50,495 nt of DNA. It comes from a virus (lineage: Duplodnaviria > Caudoviricetes). Location: IMG/VR virus record IMGVR_UViG_3300028585_000028, positions 1-50,495 of that record. The stretch is one strand, 5' to 3'. The notes under the pieces are model-generated. The model made no database searches. It saw only the letters and a program-made list of their open reading frames with translations, and was not told the origin of the DNA. The translations under genes and the position numbers were made by a program. This document shows, piece by piece, positions 1 through 7,661 of this stretch. Position 1 is the first letter of the stretch; every line of letters begins with the position of its first letter.

Positions 1-163
1 GGTGGGGGGTGGATGCACTGTGCTTGTTGCGATGAGGCATGAGTGCGTGAATGGTAAGTCAGGGTGCGAAGTATGTGGCGAAAACTGGTCGAGCTAATTG
101 GTTGTTATCTGGGGTGTGATGAGACGTTTATGGCGGAAGGGGTACAGATGTGGTTGATATATG

Positions 164-316
164 TAATTGAACAACGGTTCAATTAGGGGGGTTATAAGTA
201 AGTGGTAAGTGTGTTAGTTGGTAATAGCCAGAACGTGCATTGCCGAGAGGAGGGGGTGAAAAGTGCCTGTTTGTGGACATATAGCAACTGTGGATAAGTA
301 GGTGGGTTATCCACAG
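164..316. promoter_or_regulatory. oriC-like locus: inverted DnaA boxes plus AT-rich tract
   Basis: TGTGGATAA at 289-297 and TTATCCACA at 307-315 are perfect consensus DnaA boxes. Near-box TGTGGACAT at 272-280. 9-bp inverted repeat TAATTGAAC-N4-GTTCAATTA at 164-185. The region is non-coding and AT-rich. Confidence 0.6.
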
Positions 317-379
317 CCCCCCCCTGGTCGGCGGTCGCTGCCGCCCTCCCACACCCCCTCACCCTCACGCGGAGCCGAT

Positions 380-520
380 CTAGAGCCACACGGCGGTGAC
401 TCCGGGGGAGGACAGCTCGACGCCGTGAATGATTCCTCGCATGACTCCGTTGCGAATCATGTTGAAGCAGTACCCCCTCGGAGTCCGCACTAGCGTCGTC
501 GTGCTCACGCGGCGGTTCAC
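380..520 (-). CDS. small hypothetical early protein (46 aa)
   Basis: GTG start overlaps the stop of the 517-717 ORF (GTGA coupling). Confidence 0.4.
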   Translation of the reverse strand: MNRRVSTTTLVRTPRGYCFNMIRNGVMRGIIHGVELSSPGVTAVWL

Positions 521-717
521 GCGCCGACCCGCTTCCATGCGGGAGCGTCGAGGATATCGACGTAGAGCAGTTCGGGCTGTCGAATCGAGATGACGGCCCG
601 GTGCGCCCATGGGTGCTCGCGCGTCACGTAGGCGACGTAGTGCGTCCCGTGCGATATCAGAGTGGTCGTCGTGATTCGCTGGTTGCGGACTGTTGCTCCG
701 CGTGACTGGCGGCTCAC
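517..717 (-). CDS. small hypothetical early protein (66 aa)
   Basis: GTG start overlaps the stop of the 714-878 ORF. Confidence 0.5.
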   Translation of the reverse strand: MSRQSRGATVRNQRITTTTLISHGTHYVAYVTREHPWAHRAVISIRQPELLYVDILDAPAWKRVGA

Positions 718-878
718 GATGCCAGCTCGATCTTGACGACGCGACCGCTCATGCGTTGTGCGCGGGTCTCGGCTTTCGATCCGGCCACCGCCCAACCGGA
801 GGCGAAGATTCGGACGACGCGACTTTCCTCGTCGTGTCGGCTCGTTCCGGTGATGATCGTTACGTGAAAGGTTTTCAC
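714..878 (-). CDS. small hypothetical early protein (54 aa)
   Basis: GTG preceded by ACAGAACGGA, the same leader as the 1238-1519 gene. Confidence 0.55.
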   Translation of the reverse strand: MKTFHVTIITGTSRHDEESRVVRIFASGWAVAGSKAETRAQRMSGRVVKIELAS

Positions 879-922
879 GATGCAGTCCGTTCTGTTGAGG
901 GTTGATCGTCTGTGCTGTTGCG

Positions 923-1005
923 GGGGCACGCGCCGGTTCGGGTTCGGCACGTGCCCCTTGTTACCCCGTCAGGTCGTGAGCCTGTTGCGCGCTTAGCGGC
1001 GGGGC
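923..1005 (-). ncRNA. structured intergenic RNA element (three-way junction plus long hairpin)
   Basis: GCCCCG..CGGGGT closing stem with two inner hairpins (963-1005), followed by a 13-bp hairpin GGGGCACGTGCCG/CGGCGCGTGCCCC (923-957). Confidence 0.4.
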
Positions 1006-1011
1006 GCTTTG

Positions 1012-1116
1012 TTACGAGCCGACGTAGGCGCCGGAACCGTAGAGGCCGACTGCAAGAAATGCGCCGACGAACAACGGGCAGATGAGGGCGGCGTGACGGT
1101 GGTACCACTTAGTCAT
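1012..1116 (-). CDS. small membrane peptide (34 aa)
   Basis: ATG after ACAGAAAGC; hydrophobic stretch LICPLFVGAFLAVGL. Confidence 0.5.
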   Translation of the reverse strand: MTKWYHRHAALICPLFVGAFLAVGLYGSGAYVGS

Positions 1117-1241
1117 GCGGGGTCGCTTTCTGTGAGGGTGAGAACGAACTTGCCCGTGCGATTGTCGGGCAGCGGATTGCGCGGCCCCTGATTCTCCAGG
1201 TGCTGCGCGGTGGGAGTGGGAGGCGTGTCGAAGAAGATCAT
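1113..1241 (-). CDS. small hypothetical protein (42 aa)
   Basis: ATGA overlaps with both neighbouring genes. Confidence 0.4.
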   Translation of the reverse strand: MIFFDTPPTPTAQHLENQGPRNPLPDNRTGKFVLTLTESDPA

Positions 1242-1519
1242 GCGACATCCGTGAGGTAGTAGACGTATTCCCAGCCGGGGAAGATCCCACTTCGCTCGAC
1301 GCGCGCCCCCAGGCGCTTACGGCCCATTCTGTCGGTGGCGAGGAAAGCATCTGCCCACTTGCGCATCTGTGCGGGCTTAGGTTCCGTCCAGTAGGCGAGG
1401 CCGGGGAGGAGGCGGACACTCACGCGGAGATAAGTACCGTGATCTTCGATCGTGGTCTCTGTATCCGTGAAGTTCCGTGAGGCGTTTAGGTGAGTTGCTT
1501 TGCGGATGAGAGTTTCCAT
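1238..1519 (-). CDS. hypothetical early protein (93 aa)
   Basis: ORF track; ACCACACACAGAACGGA leader. Confidence 0.7.
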   Translation of the reverse strand: METLIRKATHLNASRNFTDTETTIEDHGTYLRVSVRLLPGLAYWTEPKPAQMRKWADAFLATDRMGRKRLGARVERSGIFPGWEYVYYLTDVA

Positions 1520-1544
1520 CGTGCTATCCGTTCTGTGTGTGGTG

Positions 1545-1935
1545 TAGGTGGGCTGAGATAGGGCCTAGCGGGTGCACCTGTACCGTGCGTACCTCGGCGG
1601 GTGCGCTATGTGATCCGGTGCGGTGCGCCCTGTAGGTGCTACCTCTATATAGGGGGTACTGGGCTGGGGGCACGATGACCCTTGCCTACCGGGGTAGGTG
1701 CCTGTCTGTATGGTGTGCACTCTGTAGGTGCTAGGTGGTGTGTACCTCTATATAGGGGGTGATGCTGTGCGGCCTAGTCACTGGCACGCTGCCTGCCATT
1801 CACTCACTCTCACGGTACGTTGTGAGCACAGGTGGTGGGGCTTGCTATGCGGTGGCCTGCCCTTATGCACGGGCTGCCATTACTAGGTGTGTGTGATTCG
1901 CTATGTAGTTACTAAGTGACAGATCGAGCTAGGTG
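1545..1935. repeat. non-coding repeat region: TAGGTG x7 and an 18-bp direct repeat
   Basis: TAGGTG at 1545, 1633, 1695, 1725, 1732, 1884 and 1930; TACCTCTATATAGGGGGT at 1640-1657 and 1743-1760. Confidence 0.75.
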
Positions 1936-1981
1936 CTGTACTCACCGGGTGTGGTGTGTGGCTTCCCTTGCCGATAACTCA

Positions 1982-2001
1982 ACTATACGGGATTGGTAGG
2001 G
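1982..2001 (-). promoter_or_regulatory. leftward promoter CCCTACCA-N6-TATAGT
   Basis: Minus strand reads CCCTACCAatcccgTATAGT, with an AT-rich upstream tract. Confidence 0.5.
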
Positions 2002-2334
2002 CAAGTGGTTAATTATTTGGCAATCTGCTTGCAAGTTTTTTTGCCAGATGTGAGGGGCCTGCACTATGTGTCATGTGTGTGCATCATGGGGTGTGCATAG
2101 TGAAGCATAGGGGGTATTAAATATGAGGGGGTGCATCTTTCATTTCTGTGGTGACATGGGGGTGCAATATATTGTTAAATCGTGCGAACGAGTTGCGGAA
2201 AGAAATGCGGATGACGAATGCGAAATATTGCGTGCGAAAGAAACCAGATTTGATATTTCATGGGGGCGGCAAATGCGCGCGGCCCACCCGTCTACGCTCA
2301 CCCCAAAAAAAATCGCAGTGCCTCCCCCCATATA

Positions 2335-2355
2335 ACCCTTCCACCGTGGTAGGGT
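2335..2355 (+). promoter_or_regulatory. rightward promoter/operator ACCCTTCCA-ccg-TGGTAGGGT
   Basis: Extended -10 TGnTAGGGT inside a near-palindrome, upstream of the first rightward gene. Confidence 0.6.
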
Positions 2356-2391
2356 AACATCACCACGCACCCCAAATGAAGGAGTCCCACC

Positions 2392-2946
2392 ATGACGAAC
2401 CCGAAGACGATGCGCATCGACTACGACGCGAAGGCTGGCAAGGTCACGGCCACGATCACGACGCACACCGAGCGGGAGGACGAGTACGGAATGCGCGTCC
2501 CGAACTACATGGCCGGTCACATCGACGTGATCGCGGGCATGATCCTGGAGACCGCGGAGCACCAGGGGGTCGAGGTGATCGAGATGCCGCGCGGTGGCCT
2601 CCAGAGCATCCTGACCGATGAGCTGGCCGACGCGAACCGCAGGAACGGTTCTCCGCTCCGAGTCATGACCATCGCCCAGCGTGAGCACGAGTCCACACCG
2701 CAGCCGGCCGAGACGATCGACCCCGACGCGATCGGTACCGGTTCGCAGGCGGCGATCCTCGTCTCCTCTGGAATCTGCTGGGTCGTCGCGACGGCGGAGC
2801 GGGTCATCGGCAACGAACTGCGCTGGTTCCAGCACCACGTCGACCAGCAGCGCACCCTCGTGCGCGTGACGCGTTACGACGAGAAGCACTTCCGAATGCT
2901 GAGCCACCTGTCGCCGGCCGGCAACCGCGTGGAGGTCGGCTCGTGA
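2392..2946 (+). CDS. hypothetical protein
   Basis: 184-aa ORF, AAGGAG RBS, high GC3. Confidence 0.85.
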   Translation: MTNPKTMRIDYDAKAGKVTATITTHTEREDEYGMRVPNYMAGHIDVIAGMILETAEHQGVEVIEMPRGGLQSILTDELADANRRNGSPLRVMTIAQREHESTPQPAETIDPDAIGTGSQAAILVSSGICWVVATAERVIGNELRWFQHHVDQQRTLVRVTRYDEKHFRMLSHLSPAGNRVEVGS

Positions 2947-3134
2947 TCTGGAGGCGCCTGTCGGCAACGAGCACGATCGTGGCGTCGGTGATGGCGATGT
3001 TCATCGTGGCCGATGTCAGTGGTGAGATGAAGCGCGCCGCTGCGATCCTGGTGTTCACGGTGTGCATCTTTGCCGCCCTCACGGCGATCAACGACCTGCT
3101 GAACACGTTCAGCCCAAAGAAGAAGGAGTCCTGA
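2943..3134 (+). CDS. small membrane protein (2 TM)
   Basis: GTGA overlap; two hydrophobic segments. Confidence 0.7.
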   Translation: MIWRRLSATSTIVASVMAMFIVADVSGEMKRAAAILVFTVCIFAALTAINDLLNTFSPKKKES

Positions 3135-3340
3135 TGGGCATCCAGAAGCACGTCATCACCGTCGATTCCCGGAGGCGCGCTACCCTGTCCGATCTCGCGG
3201 GCGTGGTCCCCGGCGCCCGCTACCTGGCGCGCACCGAGCCGGACGGCACGATCATCATGGAGCCTGCCGCCGTGCTGAGCGCCGTGACCAAACAGCCGGC
3301 CGTGCCGATGCTGCGCCGTGGGTTCGAGGGTCGCGCCTGA
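3134..3340 (+). CDS. AbrB/MazE/SpoVT-like DNA-binding protein
   Basis: VITVDSRRRATL...RYLARTEPDGTIIMEP swapped-hairpin pattern; AAGGAG RBS. Confidence 0.5.
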   Translation: MGIQKHVITVDSRRRATLSDLAGVVPGARYLARTEPDGTIIMEPAAVLSAVTKQPAVPMLRRGFEGRA

Positions 3341-3768
3341 TGCCGGGCCGGAACCGCTACGAGGTGGAACGCCGAGTACGACCCGTCCCCGGCACGCTGG
3401 TCGGTCAGCGTGGTCACATGCAGGCGTCGTGGATCTGGAAGTGCCGGGTCTGCCCGAAGGGTGGCTTCCCGTTCGACAAGCAGGCCAACGCCCGAACCGC
3501 GGCGCGCGATCACTGCGACGCGATGCACGGCGGCTGGCAGGAGCCGTCCGAGCTGCCGGAGCACATGAAGAGCAAGGACCACGTCGTCATCGCGTACAAG
3601 CACAACGGCTTCGGCGTGAGCATGGTGCTCGACAACCCGAGCGCAGTCTCTGTGCTCCTCGAACTCCTGACCCCGAATCTGGAGATCCACAGCATCTACG
3701 TTCTCTACCCGGACGGCACCCGCCACGACCGCGGATACACCAAGCTCAAAGAGATGAGGGGTGAGTGA
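3340..3768 (+). CDS. hypothetical protein with CxxC...H zinc-finger-like motif
   Basis: WKCRVC...AARDHCDAMH; TGATG overlap. Confidence 0.7.
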   Translation: MPGRNRYEVERRVRPVPGTLVGQRGHMQASWIWKCRVCPKGGFPFDKQANARTAARDHCDAMHGGWQEPSELPEHMKSKDHVVIAYKHNGFGVSMVLDNPSAVSVLLELLTPNLEIHSIYVLYPDGTRHDRGYTKLKEMRGE

Positions 3769-4238
3769 TGGGGATCTCCCAGAGCCCTGAGGGCATCGCG
3801 TTCCGCAGCGGCGCGCTGCCGAGTGATCCGCGCCATGGCACTCGCCACGGGTACAACAAGCTGGGGTGCCGCTGTCACGCCTGCTCGGCTGCGAGCGCGG
3901 AGTACGGCCGTGAGCTGCGCGCCCGACACGCGGCCGTGAACCCGCCGCGGGTGCGAACTCGGATGCCAGCCGAAGAGCAGCGCGAGCGGGAGCGCGCTCG
4001 GAACCGGAGGAACAGGGCTCGGAAGCGCCGGGAGCAGGCGCGCCGGAGTGCGGTCACGCGGGAGTCGCCGCGAACGGACTGGCCGATGCCGGCGTTCGGT
4101 GGTTCAGTGCACGCGATGGACGGCGGCGCTCTCCTGGGCACGCTGCAGGGCGTCGACTACACCCGCGATCGGGCGCTGCTCCTGACGCCGCAGGGTGAGC
4201 GGGTGGCCGTACCGTTCTCGGCAGTCCGAGCAAAATAG
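3765..4238 (+). CDS. hypothetical basic protein (HGT-x-GY-xx-GCRC motif)
   Basis: HGTRHGYNKLGCRCHAC motif common in actinophage proteins. Confidence 0.7.
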   Translation: MMGISQSPEGIAFRSGALPSDPRHGTRHGYNKLGCRCHACSAASAEYGRELRARHAAVNPPRVRTRMPAEEQRERERARNRRNRARKRREQARRSAVTRESPRTDWPMPAFGGSVHAMDGGALLGTLQGVDYTRDRALLLTPQGERVAVPFSAVRAK

Positions 4239-4246
4239 CGCGCACG

Positions 4247-4267
4247 ACCCTACCAGTGTGGTAGGGT
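4247..4267 (+). promoter_or_regulatory. palindromic promoter/operator ACCCTACCA-gtg-TGGTAGGGT
   Basis: Perfect 9-bp inverted repeat containing an extended -10; intergenic. Confidence 0.75.
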
Positions 4268-4298
4268 CAACCAACCGCACCGACCAAAGGAGCCGCCC

Positions 4299-4712
4299 AT
4301 GGCACTCACCGAGAACTTTCCCCCTCCGGGGGCACCCGAGCCGTACCTTTCCCTCACCGACGGCGTCAACTTCGACATCGTCGCATTCTGCTTCAGCAAC
4401 GCGTTCGAGGCTGGCAAGATCGTCGGCAGCCTGATGAACTGGGAGCACTTCGGCATCCGCGAGATCCAGTACCTGAGCAGCACAGACAAGGGCGAGGGCA
4501 TCCGTTCCTCGTGGGACTTCGGCGACGATGGAGAGCTGCGCGAATCGGCTAAGGAGATCATCGCCCTCCTCACCGTCGATATCGCGGGCAACGAGAAGTG
4601 GCGCCTGGTCCACCCCGGCCAGTGGCTCGTGCTCAGTCACAACTTCGCAGGCTTCTCGATCTGCACGGACCTCGTCTTCCGCAAGACCTACCGGAAGGTG
4701 GTGCTCTCGTGA
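4299..4712 (+). CDS. hypothetical protein
   Basis: 137-aa ORF, AAGGAG RBS. Confidence 0.8.
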   Translation: MALTENFPPPGAPEPYLSLTDGVNFDIVAFCFSNAFEAGKIVGSLMNWEHFGIREIQYLSSTDKGEGIRSSWDFGDDGELRESAKEIIALLTVDIAGNEKWRLVHPGQWLVLSHNFAGFSICTDLVFRKTYRKVVLS

Positions 4713-5245
4713 GCACGGCGGCTGGCAGGGCTCGCAGGTTTCTGACCACTCAGGTCTCAGACACTGCGTTCATCGTCGACGGAATTGCCGTTGTTGGCGT
4801 GCTGCGCGAGCTTCTCGCAGACTTCGACGAGTGCAACTCGTCTGGGGCGATCGACACGGGCTTTTCGTCAGACTCGCTGAACCCGGCCGATCAGCGCGTT
4901 ATCTTTCGGGGCAAGCCGCCGTCGGCGCTGGAGGCTCATGGAGACTCGCACAAGATCCACGTCGACTACTACGGCTCGATCCCGTGGCTCTGCGATGAAT
5001 GCGCTGCCGAATCTCGGCGCACTGGAAGCTCTGAAGATAGTCCAGCCGTGATCGGCCGCGAGCGACTGGTCAGCTCATGGGAGGCGAAGGCGCCCTTCGA
5101 GTCCACCCTGGAGGCTTGTGGACTCACTAACGAGGAGCTGGTCGCGGGCCGGGAGGCACTCTGTGCTGAGGCTGACGAGCTGGAACGCCGCGCCCGGATC
5201 GCTCGATCTATCGTGGAAGCTGCCACGTTGAAAGGTGAAGAATGA
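4709..5245 (+). CDS. hypothetical protein
   Basis: GTGA overlap with the upstream gene; fills the operon gap. Confidence 0.6.
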   Translation: MSTAAGRARRFLTTQVSDTAFIVDGIAVVGVLRELLADFDECNSSGAIDTGFSSDSLNPADQRVIFRGKPPSALEAHGDSHKIHVDYYGSIPWLCDECAAESRRTGSSEDSPAVIGRERLVSSWEAKAPFESTLEACGLTNEELVAGREALCAEADELERRARIARSIVEAATLKGEE

Positions 5246-5382
5246 TCTGGGCGCTGATCGCAATCGTCCTGCTCTGCATCTCGACTGTGACATTTGCGGT
5301 CTTGTGGTTCCGCATGGGTGAAGACTGGTACGACGAGAAGTGCAGAGCTGATGCACTTCAGATCGAACTAGACTTACGGTAG
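5242..5382 (+). CDS. small membrane protein (46 aa)
   Basis: ATGA overlap; MIWALIAIVLLCISTVTFAVLWF transmembrane segment. Confidence 0.6.
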   Translation: MIWALIAIVLLCISTVTFAVLWFRMGEDWYDEKCRADALQIELDLR

Positions 5383-5402
5383 CCCTACCAGTGTGGTAGG
5401 GT
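5383..5402 (+). promoter_or_regulatory. palindromic promoter/operator CCCTACCA-gtg-TGGTAGGG(T), leaderless
   Basis: Identical to the 4248 copy; TAGGGT lies 6 nt before ATG 5409. Confidence 0.75.
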
Positions 5403-5408
5403 GTGCAC

Positions 5409-5861
5409 ATGAGAAGATGCATAATCGTAGACGTCGACGGAACGCTCGTCGACGTTTCCGGTATCCGCCACTATGTCAAGCTGGCGAACGGGCGCGAGTA
5501 CAAGGACTTCGAGTCGTTTCACAAAGCGGCGGCATTCATGCCAGCCATCGAGGAGACGAAGAAGATCCTTCACGCGTTCGACTTCATGCTCGACGTAGAC
5601 ATCTTCGTTGTAACGGCTCGCCAGGCAAAGTGGGAACGTGAGACGCGAGCCTGGCTCCGCAACAACGGCGTCCGCTACGACGCTCTCTGCATGAGGGCAA
5701 CCGGTGACCGCCGCCCCGACGTCGAAGTGAAGCGCGACATCTTGTCTCGCATCCGCGAGACTCACCGTCCGCTCTTCGCGATCGACGACAACCCCAGCAT
5801 CATCGCGCTCTGGCAGTCAGAACGCATCCCCACCTACGTCATTCCCGGCTGGGAAGACTGA
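5409..5861 (+). CDS. HAD-family phosphatase (PNKP/PseT 3'-phosphatase-like domain)
   Basis: IIVDVDGTL (DxDGT), VVTAR, IDDNP motifs. Confidence 0.8.
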   Translation: MRRCIIVDVDGTLVDVSGIRHYVKLANGREYKDFESFHKAAAFMPAIEETKKILHAFDFMLDVDIFVVTARQAKWERETRAWLRNNGVRYDALCMRATGDRRPDVEVKRDILSRIRETHRPLFAIDDNPSIIALWQSERIPTYVIPGWED

Positions 5862-5874
5862 ACAGGAGAACATC

Positions 5875-6291
5875 ATGGAGAAGCTTCAGAACGGCGTCCT
5901 TGTCTTTCACCAGACGTACGGCGCACCCGTCGGCGACAAGCCCCGGGCGCTTCCCGAGGAGCGCAAGGAGCTTCGCCTCGGGCTCATCGAGGAAGAGCTG
6001 CAGGAGCTGCGTGACGCACTCAGCGGCGACGACCTCGTGGAGACGGCCGACGCTGCCATCGACATCGTGTACGTCACACTCGGCCTCCTCGTGGAGATGG
6101 GTGTCGACGCGGAGCCGCTCTTCGACGAGGTGCAGCGGTCGAACATGAGCAAGCTCGGTGCGGACGGCAAGCCGATCATTTCGCGCGGTGTCGAACTCGA
6201 CGGCTTCCCGGTCGGCAAGGTGCTGAAGGGGCCGGGCTACTTCCGCCCCGACCTCGCTGCCGTGCTTCGCGCCCAGGAGCTGACGAAGTGA
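5875..6291 (+). CDS. MazG-like NTP pyrophosphohydrolase
   Basis: LIEEELQEL...ETADAAIDIVYV...EVQRSNMSK...GKVLKG motifs. Confidence 0.85.
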   Translation: MEKLQNGVLVFHQTYGAPVGDKPRALPEERKELRLGLIEEELQELRDALSGDDLVETADAAIDIVYVTLGLLVEMGVDAEPLFDEVQRSNMSKLGADGKPIISRGVELDGFPVGKVLKGPGYFRPDLAAVLRAQELTK

Positions 6292-6683
6292 TCGACGAAG
6301 TCAGGCTGATCAAGGATCTGACCAAGTCGATCTCGAACGCGAAGGAGGAGCGCGACAAGCTCACGAACGACAGCTTTTACGCAGGAACCCGTGGCGAGTA
6401 CTCCGGCATGATCCGGAAGGCCGAGAACGTCATCGAAGCCATCCGCGCGGGAGCATACGACGTCACGCCCGAGGAGACCCACTTCGATCGCATCGCAGAG
6501 AGGTGGGGGTCTAGCGTGCCCGGCTCTTCGGAGCAGGCAGTCAGCATCATCGAGGGGCTGAGCATCCGCGCTGCCAGGTCTGTGCTCGAACAGTCCGAGG
6601 TCGAGATCAAGGCGGCAGACTCGAAGAAGGCTCTCGCGATCAACGTCAAGAAGCTCGTGAAGTCCGTCCTGCTCTCCGAGTAG
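6288..6683 (+). CDS. hypothetical protein
   Basis: 131-aa ORF, GTGA overlap, AGGAG RBS. Confidence 0.75.
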   Translation: MIDEVRLIKDLTKSISNAKEERDKLTNDSFYAGTRGEYSGMIRKAENVIEAIRAGAYDVTPEETHFDRIAERWGSSVPGSSEQAVSIIEGLSIRAARSVLEQSEVEIKAADSKKALAINVKKLVKSVLLSE

Positions 6684-6709
6684 ACTGACCCCGACAGCAA
6701 GGAGAACAG

Positions 6710-7474
6710 ATGAGCTTCATCTCGGTCGGCAACGGCCAGGTCATGCGCAACGACGCGGCCGTGCGCTTCCGCTCGCTGCAGGAGCGCCGCTTCCGCGACA
6801 CCGGCAAGCGCGACCTCGTCGCCCTGGAGGGCCTGCGCTCTCTGGAGCGGCAGTGGGAGCTGTGGAACGCCCGACAGGCGTACCTCGGCTACCTGGCGGG
6901 CGGCGCGTACGCTCCACAGGCTAACCTCGCGGCCTATCCGGGCACGTCGAAGCACGGCAAGGGCATCGCGGTCGACATCGACACCCCGGGCAACTCGTAC
7001 ACGTCCGAGCTGAGCCTCTGGCTTGACCAGAACGCCCACAAGGACGGGTTCAAGCGGACGGTGCCGGGCGAGCCCTGGCACTACGACTTCATCCTCGTGC
7101 CCACGCATCCGCTCCTCGTGCCGGGGGTTCTCGACCCGGCGCAGTCCATCACCCCGCTCACGCTCACAGCACAAGGAGAAGACATGATCGTCCTGCACCA
7201 CGCGGGCAAGTCCGGCAAGTTCAAGGGATGGCAGGGCACGCTCAGTGACACCACCATCCGTCACTCGAAGGGCACCACGCCCACTGACCGAGCGATCGCG
7301 AAGAATCTCCGCGAGAAGCTGACGTACGTGAAGGTGGCCTCGGACATCGAGTTCGTCGGCTTCCTCAACGCGCACGGCTGGGACAAGGGCCAGGTCCCGC
7401 TCAACGGCGTCGAGTACAGCCGAGTCAAGGAGGTCCGCGAGCTGGTTCGCGACCTCGCCACGAAGATCAAGTAG
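6710..7474 (+). CDS. endolysin, peptidase M15 (VanY-like) domain plus C-terminal domain
   Basis: GLRS..Q..L, PGTSKHGKGIAVDI (SxHxxGxAxD) and EPWH motifs. Confidence 0.85.
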   Translation: MSFISVGNGQVMRNDAAVRFRSLQERRFRDTGKRDLVALEGLRSLERQWELWNARQAYLGYLAGGAYAPQANLAAYPGTSKHGKGIAVDIDTPGNSYTSELSLWLDQNAHKDGFKRTVPGEPWHYDFILVPTHPLLVPGVLDPAQSITPLTLTAQGEDMIVLHHAGKSGKFKGWQGTLSDTTIRHSKGTTPTDRAIAKNLREKLTYVKVASDIEFVGFLNAHGWDKGQVPLNGVEYSRVKEVRELVRDLATKIK

Positions 7475-7483
7475 GAGGCAGTC

Positions 7484-7615
7484 ATGTCCAACGCGTTCAC
7501 CCCGATCCCCGACCCCGACGACAGCATCGAGATCGGTGACGGCGTCGAGTCCGTCGTTCCGGTCGAGGACCAGTTCGAGGACGACGATCTCGAACCGGCG
7601 AAGATGAGCGACTAG
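7484..7615 (+). CDS. small acidic protein (43 aa)
   Basis: AGGAGG RBS; MSNAFTPIPDPDDSIEIGDG...; high GC3. Confidence 0.7.
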   Translation: MSNAFTPIPDPDDSIEIGDGVESVVPVEDQFEDDDLEPAKMSD

Positions 7616-7630
7616 CTCGCAACAAAAGTT

Positions 7631-7661
7631 GGCCCCTGGTGCAAACTGGGGGCCTTCTTCT
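7631..7661 (+). terminator. intrinsic terminator
   Basis: GGCCCC..GGGGCC stem followed by TTCTTCT. Confidence 0.6.

Noticed and set aside
1545-1935. Possible CRISPR mini-array
   Set aside because: Only two 18-bp copies 103 bp apart plus hexamers; unit length and spacing do not fit CRISPR
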